Of a stretch of DNA of 64,000 nucleotides, positions 38,198 through 46,535 are shown in pieces (position 1 is the stretch's first letter; each line of letters opens with the position of its first letter). The stretch is from an uncultured Azospirillaceae bacterium. Lineage in GTDB: Bacteria > Pseudomonadota > Alphaproteobacteria > Rickettsiales > UBA3002. The notes under the pieces are model-generated. The model made no database searches. It was not told the DNA's origin and was given only the letters and a program-made list of their open reading frames with translations. The translations under genes and the position numbers were made by a program. The stretch lies in the NCBI GenBank assembly GCA_964352815.1, contig CAYGTO010000001.1:154820-218819 (forward strand), in the 5' to 3' direction.

Positions 38198-39709
38198 TTA
38201 TGTCTTGTTAGCCTTATTAGACGCGATAAAGGTTAATCTTTCCTGAATATCATCCACATTTGCAGGAATTTTTTGACCTTGAAGCGATGCACGAATTAAT
38301 GAGACGTAGAGTTGTTGGGCTCCCCGGTAATCTTCTTGCTCGTCTAAAATGACAGCATAATTATACCGGTAGACAAGATTCTCGGGCTCAAGCAGGACGG
38401 CACGTGCAATCGCATTGCGTGCATCTTCATAGCGCCCAATTCGTTGATATACCATAGCAATTTGGGCGTATCCAGGGGCAAATTCAGGGTTAGATGCGAG
38501 TAATTTCCCCAGGTATGGCAGCGCTTCTTCCGGAGATTCCTCTGCGACTAATGCAAGGAAGTTATTCACCCCTTCCTTGTGGTGGTGATTGATGCGAAGC
38601 AATGTGCCATAAAATTCTTTCGCCTGTGGGATATTCCCTAGGCGTTGATAGAGTGTCGCCAGCCCAAAAAGGGCGTCTTGGTTGCGAGGCGCATTCTTCA
38701 ATACATCTTGATAGATGAGGGTTGCGAGTGCGGTGTCGCCAGCAAGAATAGCGTTATAGGCGCGCTGTAGTTCAGAGTTTACACTGTATGGCTGCTTACG
38801 TACTGCGATGGACATGCCCAAACTATCCGTGCGTGCCACTTCTTCTTCCGCATCCCCAAGTTCAGTGAGTGACGTCACATCTGGTGTGACCCGGTCGATC
38901 GCGACAGGGCCGCTAGGTCCTCTCTGATTATGTGGCTGAATCAAGCGCGGGAGCTTCGAAAGGATCGTTTGCGTTTGATCATCGAGTTTACTGACGGGCT
39001 CAGCCTGGCCGAGCCGCATTTCTTCTGCCACAGAGGGAACATCGGTCCCTTCCATGCTGTATTCTTTTGGGGCGTCCACAACACTCATCGTTGCTTTCGG
39101 GGTGTCACCATCTAAAGTAGGCGTACTATTCAACAGTGCATCCACCATCTCAGGGCCGTTCTGGGGCTGGAATGTCACCGGTCGTTGAAATGATTCAGGT
39201 GGCTGCTCGAGCGGTATTCGCCGTTCTTCGGCAACAGCTCTCGCTTGTGCACGGACTTGTTCGATACGTTCCTGGCTAATCACCGGAGGTGTTGGCGCAG
39301 GGCCAGGCTCAACATCTTGATAAGTGGGGCGGTAGCTATATTGCGGTGTGCTTGGCTGGGTTGCGGGGACGGATGGGCCTATTCCTCCTTCAAATACATA
39401 CTCATTTTGTGCAGGTTGCGTATTCGTGAAACTCTCACCGGAAGGGGTATAGGTGGGGGCGTTATAGAGTGGCTGAATCGGCGGCAGCGATGGGGTACGG
39501 CTCGGAGCCACGTAACCCGGTGTGTTAGGGGAGGCGGAGTAAGGGTTCGCACCGGCGCGGCGCTGAACATACGGGGATTGCTGATAATTATAGCCCTGGG
39601 AATAGGATAGATCTGGGTATGTCGAGGCGAGCGCTGTGAGCGAGATGCAGGCTACCAGTGGTGAAACCGATCCCTTTTTAAGCCACAGTGTTTGCTGTTT
39701 TTTCAGCAC
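38198..39709 (-). CDS. secreted Pro-rich / TPR-repeat protein (PilF or MshN-like role possible)
   Basis: N-terminal signal sequence, about 300 aa of Pro/Gln/Tyr-rich low-complexity sequence, and C-terminal TPR repeats (ALFGLATLYQRLGN..A, GYAQIAMVYQRIGRYEDA). First gene of the operon with pilT-pilU. Confidence 0.6.
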   Translation of the reverse strand: MLKKQQTLWLKKGSVSPLVACISLTALASTYPDLSYSQGYNYQQSPYVQRRAGANPYSASPNTPGYVAPSRTPSLPPIQPLYNAPTYTPSGESFTNTQPAQNEYVFEGGIGPSVPATQPSTPQYSYRPTYQDVEPGPAPTPPVISQERIEQVRAQARAVAEERRIPLEQPPESFQRPVTFQPQNGPEMVDALLNSTPTLDGDTPKATMSVVDAPKEYSMEGTDVPSVAEEMRLGQAEPVSKLDDQTQTILSKLPRLIQPHNQRGPSGPVAIDRVTPDVTSLTELGDAEEEVARTDSLGMSIAVRKQPYSVNSELQRAYNAILAGDTALATLIYQDVLKNAPRNQDALFGLATLYQRLGNIPQAKEFYGTLLRINHHHKEGVNNFLALVAEESPEEALPYLGKLLASNPEFAPGYAQIAMVYQRIGRYEDARNAIARAVLLEPENLVYRYNYAVILDEQEDYRGAQQLYVSLIRASLQGQKIPANVDDIQERLTFIASNKANKT

Positions 39710-39818
39710 AGTAATGATGTTCCTAGCCCCGATATATCTTATATAGTATAAGAAATATTCCTATACCCCAATATATAGATGCCCTGAAAAGGGCGATTTC
39801 ATCCAGTGCTCTCAGCCT

Positions 39819-39863
39819 CTTATCCCCACCGGATCGTCTGAATGTGTACAAGCTGGGGATAAG
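39819..39863. promoter_or_regulatory. perfect 10-bp inverted repeat CTTATCCCCA-N25-TGGGGATAAG (candidate enhancer/operator)
   Basis: Read directly. It lies in the divergent intergenic region, ending 16 nt upstream of the sigma-54 -24 element. Confidence 0.45.
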
Positions 39864-39878
39864 TAAGCGGCGTGTTTC

Positions 39879-39893
39879 TGGCACGATGATTGC
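39879..39893 (+). promoter_or_regulatory. candidate sigma-54 (-24/-12) promoter
   Basis: CTGGCACG-ATGA-TTGC matches YTGGCACGrNNNTTGC. It ends 52 nt upstream of the ATG at 39946. Confidence 0.55.
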
Positions 39894-39945
39894 GAGTTTT
39901 TCTCCATAAAAGATTAATAAGGGCTAGATAGACAAAGGAGGCGCC

Positions 39946-40992
39946 ATGAGACAATCTCACGTAAAAGCGGCGCATATTGCACTGATTATACTAAGTTATT
40001 TTGCCTTTTCGCCGGCTCAAGCTCAGGCGCAGACACCCTTTATGCCGACTCAAAACTCACGTGCCACCGCGCTCTCAGGTAAGACATTTTTGCCGGCAGC
40101 GCAGTGGATGGCGGCACAAGGAGAGGCGCAACGTCAAACCACTAGCGCGCCTGCGACCCCGCAGCCAGCGACTGTAACAACTGGCCCATCGGTTGATGCA
40201 TCCGATACGCCGCTTTCTGAGAATGATCAGTTTATGTATCAAGGTCGCAAGTTTATGGCACTGCGCCCGAATAAGGTGCTGCGTCAGAAGAAAGCGCGAG
40301 GCTATCCACGCCGTTACACGGAAAAAGACATCGAACAGGCGACTGAAAAATCAAACTTTTCTGAGTTTGCGCCGCGAAACGACCCGTTTGGTCTGCAGGA
40401 CAGTGTAAACCCCTTCTTTCAGACCAATCCGAATGCGATGCCTGCCGGGGTGCCAAGCCAGAAGCCAGAGCATGTGGGTTCGATGAAACCTAAAGAGCAG
40501 AGCATGTTTTTACCCAGAATGAAGCAAAGCGAGGCGCTGGTTGCGAATGTTGAGAGCCATCATAGTTGGCCGATCGATGAAGCGCAGGTGCAGCGTGTAA
40601 GCTCGGCCTTTGGCCCACGCGAAGACCCGTTCACGGGTAATATGGCATTTCATGCCGGGATTGATATTGCCGCAAAGGCTGGTACGCCGGTGAAGGCGAC
40701 GATGGATGGAACAGTCTATGCGACGGGTGAGCATCCGCGCCTTGGTCGCTATGTTCGCATCGATCATCCGGATGGCACCTATAGTCTCTATGGTCATCTA
40801 AGGGATTGGAATGTAACGGATAAGCAAGTTGTGCTCAAAGGAGAAACCATTGGTGTCGTGGGTTCAACGGGCCGCTCAACAGGCGCGCATCTCGATTACT
40901 CGCTTCGGAAAGACCAAATGCCGATGGATCCGATGAAGGTGTTATCGATTCCCGACCACCTAACAACCCTTGAAATTTCGTCAAATCACTAG
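39946..40992 (+). CDS. M23 family metallopeptidase (peptidoglycan endopeptidase)
   Basis: Signal peptide. The C-terminal LytM domain has HAGIDIAA..GTPV, DGTV, GHL, and GSTGRSTGAHLDY. Confidence 0.85.
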   Translation: MRQSHVKAAHIALIILSYFAFSPAQAQAQTPFMPTQNSRATALSGKTFLPAAQWMAAQGEAQRQTTSAPATPQPATVTTGPSVDASDTPLSENDQFMYQGRKFMALRPNKVLRQKKARGYPRRYTEKDIEQATEKSNFSEFAPRNDPFGLQDSVNPFFQTNPNAMPAGVPSQKPEHVGSMKPKEQSMFLPRMKQSEALVANVESHHSWPIDEAQVQRVSSAFGPREDPFTGNMAFHAGIDIAAKAGTPVKATMDGTVYATGEHPRLGRYVRIDHPDGTYSLYGHLRDWNVTDKQVVLKGETIGVVGSTGRSTGAHLDYSLRKDQMPMDPMKVLSIPDHLTTLEISSNH

Positions 40993-41007
40993 CATAAACT
41001 GGGGGCC

Positions 41008-42057
41008 ATGGACTGGTATCCCACATTCAAACCGCTGCTGCATAGCCTCCCGCCTGAGACGGCGCACAATCTCGCTGTGTTCGCGCTTCGGAAACATCTT
41101 ATTCCTGAGTCCCATGCGCGCGAATATCCGCGCTTGCAGCAAACACTGTGGAAGCTAACGTTTGATAATCCGGTCGGTTTGGCCGCAGGCTTTGATAAGA
41201 ATGCTGAAGTGACTGACCCGCTTCTCGCACAAGGCTTTGGTTTTGTCGAAGCGGGAACCTGCACGGTTTATCCGCAAAAGGGTAATCCGAAGCCGCGCAT
41301 GTTTCGTATTCCTAAAGAAGAGGCGGTGATTAATCGGCTTGGTTTTAATAATAAAGGCATGGATGTGTTTTCGGAGAATCTTCGTGTACGCCAGTCGACA
41401 GGGATCGTCGGTGCGAATATCGGTAAGAATAAAGACAGCACCAACGCGATTAATGATTACACGCAGCTGCTCGAGAAAGTGTCGCCTTTCGCGAGCTATA
41501 TTACGATCAATATTTCGTCGCCAAATACCGAAGGGCTCCGTGATTTGCAGGCAAAAGAGATGTTGCGTGAGCTATGCGATCAGCTTATTGCCATGCGTGC
41601 CTCGATCAGCTTTAAGCGCCCGATCCTGATTAAGATTGCGCCGGATCTATCATTGAAACAAACACGTGACCTAGCGGAAGTTGCGTTGGAGAAGGCGATC
41701 GACGGGTTGATTGTGTCGAACACGACCATCGAGCGGCCATCCATACTTCCCGAGCGTTTCCAGAATGAGGCAGGCGGTTTGAGTGGTCCGCCTGTGTTTG
41801 AGCGATCGACGGCGCTACTGAAAGAAATCTATAAATTTACTGAAGGGCGCATTCCTCTGATTGGTGTGGGCGGTATTGATTCGCCCGAAGCGGCTTATGC
41901 GAAAATCCGAGCCGGTGCTTCGTTAGTGCAGCTATACACGGGGCTAATCTATCACGGCTTTCACTTGGTTCATCGGATCAATGCAGGGCTGGAAACCTTC
42001 CTCACCGAAGATGGCTTCACCTCCATCCGTGATGCGGTTGGGGTGGATGTGCATTAG
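41008..42057 (+). CDS. pyrD: dihydroorotate dehydrogenase (quinone), class 2
   Basis: NPVGLAAGFDKNA, GFGFVE.GT.T, NRLGFNN.G, NISSPNT.GLR, GVGGI. Confidence 0.92.
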   Translation: MDWYPTFKPLLHSLPPETAHNLAVFALRKHLIPESHAREYPRLQQTLWKLTFDNPVGLAAGFDKNAEVTDPLLAQGFGFVEAGTCTVYPQKGNPKPRMFRIPKEEAVINRLGFNNKGMDVFSENLRVRQSTGIVGANIGKNKDSTNAINDYTQLLEKVSPFASYITINISSPNTEGLRDLQAKEMLRELCDQLIAMRASISFKRPILIKIAPDLSLKQTRDLAEVALEKAIDGLIVSNTTIERPSILPERFQNEAGGLSGPPVFERSTALLKEIYKFTEGRIPLIGVGGIDSPEAAYAKIRAGASLVQLYTGLIYHGFHLVHRINAGLETFLTEDGFTSIRDAVGVDVH

Positions 42058-42069
42058 CGTAATTCCGTC

Positions 42070-42141
42070 ATTCTCGACCGCACTGCTGTGCGTGTCGGGA
42101 ATCTGTCTCGAGAAGATCCCCGAGATCGGCTAGGCCGACTC
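42070..42141. repeat. two strong GC-rich stem-loops in a convergent intergenic region (terminator or REP-like)
   Basis: Hairpin 1 (42070-42102): 14 bp with a 1-nt bulge and loop TGCT. Hairpin 2 (42122-42141): 8 bp with one bulge and loop TAG. Neither has a U-tract. Confidence 0.4.
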
Positions 42142-42153
42142 GATGATGATACC

Positions 42154-42816
42154 CTAGAAACACCCTTTCAAAAACGTTAGTGCAATGTCAATCCCTTCGG
42201 GGTCAATGCCATGGCCAAGGCCGGGGCGAGTATGGGTTTCAATGGAGAAACCAGCGCCACTTAGCTGTTCTTCCGCCATCGCCATCGCTTGAAATGGCAC
42301 CACATCATCAGCATCGCCATGAATCAAACAAACAGGCGGCTTAGCGGTCAGCTCATCCGGGTTCGCATTAAGCAGCGCGCCCGAAAAACCAACAATCCCC
42401 GCCAGTGGCTCGCTACGGCGCGGCGCGACATGCAAACTGGTCATGGTGCCTTGTGAGAAGCCGACCAGTGCGACCTGCTTTGGCGTGAGGCTAAAGCGTT
42501 CCATTTGTTGGTCGAGAAAACTATCCACCATCGGCGCCACCTGACGCACGCCTTCTTCCATCTTCACCGGATTGCGGTCCATCAGCGAAAACCACTGATA
42601 GCTATTCGGGTAGCCGGGAGGCGCCATGTCGCACGCATAGGGTGCGTTTGGGGAAATAAACTGCGCATTCGGAAACTGATCCGCCATCATGGGCGCAAGG
42701 CCGAGCAAATCCATCCCGTTGGCGCCCACGCCATGCAGAAAGATGATGAGTTGTTCGGGTGCGCTGCCCGAGGCAGGCGGAAGTTCAGGGCCGGCAAGTG
42801 AGGGAGGGATATCCAT
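42154..42816 (-). CDS. alpha/beta hydrolase, phospholipase/carboxylesterase family
   Basis: GFSQG nucleophile elbow, HG.AD.VVP, and a C-terminal His region. About 220 aa, typical size. Confidence 0.8.
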   Translation of the reverse strand: MDIPPSLAGPELPPASGSAPEQLIIFLHGVGANGMDLLGLAPMMADQFPNAQFISPNAPYACDMAPPGYPNSYQWFSLMDRNPVKMEEGVRQVAPMVDSFLDQQMERFSLTPKQVALVGFSQGTMTSLHVAPRRSEPLAGIVGFSGALLNANPDELTAKPPVCLIHGDADDVVPFQAMAMAEEQLSGAGFSIETHTRPGLGHGIDPEGIDIALTFLKGCF

Positions 42817-42821
42817 GATAA

Positions 42822-42908
42822 GTCTTTAGTTGTTAGTCGTTGGTCGTTAGTAGTTGGATGAAACATACGCATTCCTATGGTAATTGCAAATAACTAACGA
42901 CTAAAGAC
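42822..42908. repeat. 15/16 inverted repeat flanking heptanucleotide tandem repeat in divergent promoter region
   Basis: GTCTTTAGTTGTTAGT (42822-42837) pairs with ACTAACGACTAAAGAC (42893-42908). Five GTTRGTN-type heptads occupy 42825-42859. Confidence 0.5.
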
Positions 42909-42910
42909 AT

Positions 42911-45745
42911 ATGACTAAAGACGGCGCGAAACGCCTTATTCTTGTCGATGGCTCGGGCTATATTTTTCGGGCCTATCACGCGCTGCCGCCGCTGACGCGC
43001 AAGGATGGTACGGCGGTTGGGGCGGTCTATGGTTATTGCAGCATGCTGACGCGGTTGCTCGAGCAATATCCAGATGACCATTTCGCGGTGATTTTTGATG
43101 CGGGGCGGGTGACATTCCGCAATGAAATTTACCCGGACTATAAAGCGAATCGGGATGCGCCACCGGAAGATTTGATTCCGCAATTCGGCCTCATCCGTGA
43201 GGCGACGAACGCGTTTAATCTGCCATGCATTGAGCTGGAGGGCTATGAAGCGGATGATCTGATCGCCTCTTATGCGAAGAGTGGCCGGGCGGAAGGCTAT
43301 CATGTGACGATCGTCTCCTCGGACAAGGATTTGATGCAGCTGATGCAGGATGAGGTCGTGCTGTATGATCCGATGAAGCAGAAGGATATGACGCTGGCTG
43401 ACGTTGAGAAAAAGTTTGGCGTGACGCCCGATAAGGTGACCGAAGTGCAGGCGCTGATGGGGGATTCGGTCGATAACATCCCCGGCGTGCCTGGGATTGG
43501 ACCAAAGACGGCAGCGCAGTTGATTATGGAGTATGGGGATTTGGAAACGCTGCTGGAGCGCGCGAATGAGATTAAACAAAATAAGCGCCGCGAGAACCTT
43601 ATTGCTCATGCGGAGGATGCGCGCATGTCGTTCAAGCTGGTGACGCTCGATGAAGAGGTGGCGCTGCCTGAGCCGATTGAAGGGTTTGCGCGCAAGGCGA
43701 TTGACACGTCGGTGTTGGTGCCGTTCCTGCGCGAGCAGAATTTCAATTCGATGGTGAAGAAATGGGATGCGCGTGGGGAAGATGCTGGCGTCATTTCGAA
43801 CGGTGCGAGTGCATCGGAAAAATCTCACCAAAACAGAGGAGATTCCTCGTCGGCCAAAGGCCTCGCTCGGAATGACGGTGTGAAGAACTATACGCTTGTT
43901 CAGGACGAAGCGGCGCTCGATGCATGGGTGAAGAAGATTGAAGCCAAAGGCGTGGTCGCGTTTGATACCGAAACAACGGGGCTGGATGCGACGCAGGCGA
44001 GGCTGGTCGGCATCTCGCTCGCCGTCGATCCGTTCGAGGCGTGTTACATCCCGATCAACCATGTGAAAGAAGGCGGCGGCGGCGCTGCAGACTTATTTGG
44101 CGATAGTCGGGAGCCAGAACTCCAAGACGCTCAACTGAGTGAAGCGATGGTACTCAAGCTGCTGAAACCGCTGCTCGAAGATTCGGCGATTCTGAAAATT
44201 GGCCAGAACATTAAATATGATCTGAACATCATGCGCCGCTATGACGTTGCGGTGGCGCCGGTTGCGGATACGATGCTGATGTCCTATGCGTGCAATGCCG
44301 GGCTGCATGCGCATAATATGGATGAGTTGGCGCAGCGCTATCTTGAGGAAACGCCGATCGCCTATAAAGAGGTGGTGGGCACGGGCAAGGCGCAAAAGGG
44401 TTTTGCTGAGATTGAGCTCGAGAAGGCCAAGGATTATGCCGCCGAAGATGCGGACATCACCCTGCGGCTCTATCATACGCTGTTGCCCGAACTGGTCGCA
44501 AAGCGCGTCATGTCGGTGTATGAACGGATCGAGCGGCCGTTAGTCTCGGTGATTGCGCAGATGGAATCGGAGGGCATCAAGATTGATCCCGACGTGCTCA
44601 AGCAGATGTCGAACCAATTCGCGCAGGATATGGCCGGGCTGGAGACACATATCCACGGGCTGTCAGGCCGCGAGTTTAATATTGGCTCGCCCAAGCAGCT
44701 CGGAGAGATTCTGTTTGATGAGATGAGTATTGAAGGCGGCAAGAAATCTTCCAAGACCGGCGCCTATTCGACTGGCGCAGAGATTCTCGAAGATTTGGCA
44801 GGGCAGGGCTATGAGATTGCCGAGAAGGTGCTGGAATGGCGACAGCTCTCGAAGCTGAAAAGCACCTATACCGACGCGCTGCAAGAGCAAGTGAACCCGG
44901 AAACCGGCCGGGTGCATACGAGTTTCTCGATGGCCGCGACCACGACGGGGCGGCTATCATCATCGGATCCGAATTTGCAGAATATTCCGATTCGCACCGA
45001 AGCCGGGCGCAAAATTCGCACCGCCTTTATTGCGGAGCCGGGGCATGTGCTAATCAGCGCCGATTATTCGCAGATTGAGCTGCGACTTCTCGCCGATATG
45101 GCAGAAATTGAAGTGCTGCGCGATGCGTTTAAGCATGGCCGCGACATTCACGCAACCACGGCGAGTCAGATGTTTGGTGTGCCGATTGATGCGGTGGAGA
45201 GCGACCTGCGCCGTAAAGCCAAGACGATTAATTTCGGAATTATCTATGGCATTTCCGCGCATGGCCTGTCGACGCGCCTCGGTATTGGCCGCAAGGAGGC
45301 GGCGGATTATATCGAAACCTATTTCGAGCAATATCCCGGCATTCGCAAATATATGGAGTGCACGAAGGAGTTCGCCCGCGAGCATGGTTATGTCGAGACG
45401 CTGTTTGGCCGCAAGGTGCATACGAAAGACATCAATGCGAAAAACCCGAACCTGCGCGCCTTCTCTGAACGTGCGGCGATCAATGCGCCCCTGCAAGGGA
45501 CGGCGGCGGACATCATTAAACGTGCGATGGTGAAGTGCGCGGCGCTGACCGACAAAGAAGCCGATGCGCGGATGCTGCTCCAAGTCCATGATGAATTGAT
45601 CTTTGAAGTGCAGGAAGACAAGGCGGAAGCGTTTGCTGAGAAGGTGAAGCGGGTGATGTCAAAAGCGGCCGAGCCGGTGGTGCAACTATCGGTTCCCCTT
45701 GATGTCGAAGCGGGCATTGGTAACAATTGGGGTGAGAGTCATTAG
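42911..45745 (+). CDS. polA: DNA polymerase I
   Basis: 5'-nuclease (LILVDGS.YIFRA), 3'-5' exonuclease (FDTETTGLD), and polymerase motifs A (ADYSQIELR), B (RR.AK.INFG..YG) and C (QVHDE). Confidence 0.95.
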   Translation: MTKDGAKRLILVDGSGYIFRAYHALPPLTRKDGTAVGAVYGYCSMLTRLLEQYPDDHFAVIFDAGRVTFRNEIYPDYKANRDAPPEDLIPQFGLIREATNAFNLPCIELEGYEADDLIASYAKSGRAEGYHVTIVSSDKDLMQLMQDEVVLYDPMKQKDMTLADVEKKFGVTPDKVTEVQALMGDSVDNIPGVPGIGPKTAAQLIMEYGDLETLLERANEIKQNKRRENLIAHAEDARMSFKLVTLDEEVALPEPIEGFARKAIDTSVLVPFLREQNFNSMVKKWDARGEDAGVISNGASASEKSHQNRGDSSSAKGLARNDGVKNYTLVQDEAALDAWVKKIEAKGVVAFDTETTGLDATQARLVGISLAVDPFEACYIPINHVKEGGGGAADLFGDSREPELQDAQLSEAMVLKLLKPLLEDSAILKIGQNIKYDLNIMRRYDVAVAPVADTMLMSYACNAGLHAHNMDELAQRYLEETPIAYKEVVGTGKAQKGFAEIELEKAKDYAAEDADITLRLYHTLLPELVAKRVMSVYERIERPLVSVIAQMESEGIKIDPDVLKQMSNQFAQDMAGLETHIHGLSGREFNIGSPKQLGEILFDEMSIEGGKKSSKTGAYSTGAEILEDLAGQGYEIAEKVLEWRQLSKLKSTYTDALQEQVNPETGRVHTSFSMAATTTGRLSSSDPNLQNIPIRTEAGRKIRTAFIAEPGHVLISADYSQIELRLLADMAEIEVLRDAFKHGRDIHATTASQMFGVPIDAVESDLRRKAKTINFGIIYGISAHGLSTRLGIGRKEAADYIETYFEQYPGIRKYMECTKEFAREHGYVETLFGRKVHTKDINAKNPNLRAFSERAAINAPLQGTAADIIKRAMVKCAALTDKEADARMLLQVHDELIFEVQEDKAEAFAEKVKRVMSKAAEPVVQLSVPLDVEAGIGNNWGESH

Positions 45746-46131
45746 CCGTTGTTACTGTGCGCTTTTAGCCATTCCGCGAGCGCGTCTTCCGTCAACTCAC
45801 CCGCCCCTAATTTAAGAAAGGTGAGATAACACTCTTCCAAACTTGCCGTTATGTGATGTCCGTTCATCTCTAAAAAGACGAAACATACAACGAGTGCCGT
45901 GCGTTTGTTGCCGTCTAAAAAAGGGTGATTACGCGAAATCCCATAAGCATAGGATGCGGCGAGCTGAATCATATCTCCATTGCCATAATGAAACTGATTC
46001 TTGGGCTTATCTAACGCCGAGGATAAGAGTGAATGATCGCGAACGCCGTCTAAGCCGCCATGGCGCGCAATCTGAGAACGGTGGATGGCGTGTACCAGCT
46101 CATCTGGTATCCAGATCGGTTCTTCTGTCAC
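45742..46131 (-). CDS. doc: death-on-curing (Doc, Fic-fold) toxin
   Basis: HGG..G.RD..LL.SAL..P, and HPF.DGNKRTA. Confidence 0.85.
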   Translation of the reverse strand: MTEEPIWIPDELVHAIHRSQIARHGGLDGVRDHSLLSSALDKPKNQFHYGNGDMIQLAASYAYGISRNHPFLDGNKRTALVVCFVFLEMNGHHITASLEECYLTFLKLGAGELTEDALAEWLKAHSNNG

Positions 46132-46355
46132 TATTCTGCCAACCGTTTGAGCACATCGCGATAATCATCCATAACGCGCTCAGCAATTTCCATTTGTTTG
46201 GCAAATTCAGGGTCATAGGCGGTGAGTTCGATTCCGTTAGGCGTCTCTACCGCATATAGCTTGTCACCTTTACCTACTCGCAATTTCGCAAGGATTTCTT
46301 TCGATAAAATAACGCCGGTGGAATTACCAATGGCGCTAAGTCGTAATTCAGTCAT
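46131..46355 (-). CDS. AbrB/MazE/SpoVT-type antitoxin
   Basis: 74 aa with a swapped-hairpin pattern (IGNSTGVILSKEILAKLRVGKGDKL). Its stop overlaps the doc start by 1 nt. Confidence 0.8.
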   Translation of the reverse strand: MTELRLSAIGNSTGVILSKEILAKLRVGKGDKLYAVETPNGIELTAYDPEFAKQMEIAERVMDDYRDVLKRLAE

Positions 46356-46376
46356 ATAGGCTCCTTTTTATGTAAG

Positions 46377-46392
46377 TATAACATATGTTATA
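46377..46392. promoter_or_regulatory. perfect 16-bp palindrome TATAACATATGTTATA, candidate toxin-antitoxin operator
   Basis: Read directly, 22 nt upstream of the antitoxin start codon. Confidence 0.5.
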
Positions 46393-46535
46393 ACAGCAAC
46401 GCAAGTGCCATATTCTATGTCTTCAACCCTTGCGGAATAACCCTCAACTTTCCCTTGGCATTTGTGCGTGGTTTGTTACATTCCCGCAATTATTAGAAAA
46501 TCTATAAAAACTGTGCATAACGCGCGGGGTTAAGG

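Noticed and set aside
27547-39709. Idea that the pilus locus is a tRNA-His-associated genomic island
   Set aside because: There is no integrase or recombinase, and I found no direct repeat of the tRNA 3' end. The only resemblance is a 7-nt ATCCCCA match at 39822-39828, which is not significant. The locus is flanked by ordinary core genes.
38198-39709. LVAC near the N-terminus of the TPR protein as a lipobox
   Set aside because: The hydrophobic core of the signal sequence lies after this Cys (ISLTALAS). A type I signal peptide with an ALA-S cleavage site is more consistent.
39819-39863. Reading TTATCCCCA / TGGGGATAA as a pair of DnaA boxes
   Set aside because: Each arm has only an 8/9 match. 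The location is far from the dnaA region and directly upstream of a sigma-54 promoter, so an enhancer-binding-protein site is the more economical reading. The DnaA-box reading cannot be excluded without data.
42875-44062. 395-aa ORF on the minus strand, long enough to look like a gene
   Set aside because: It lies entirely antisense to the well-supported polA 5'-nuclease/exonuclease coding region. Its translation is Arg/His/Ile-rich low-complexity sequence with no motifs. This is a typical shadow ORF of a moderately GC-rich gene.
46501-46520. Possible fourth copy of the shared upstream motif (TCTATAAAAACTGTGCATAA) before the NMO-like gene
   Set aside because: It needs two indels to align with the 17-mer. 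The position 22 nt downstream falls inside the predicted coding region, so the spacing rule seen at the other three sites is not met.
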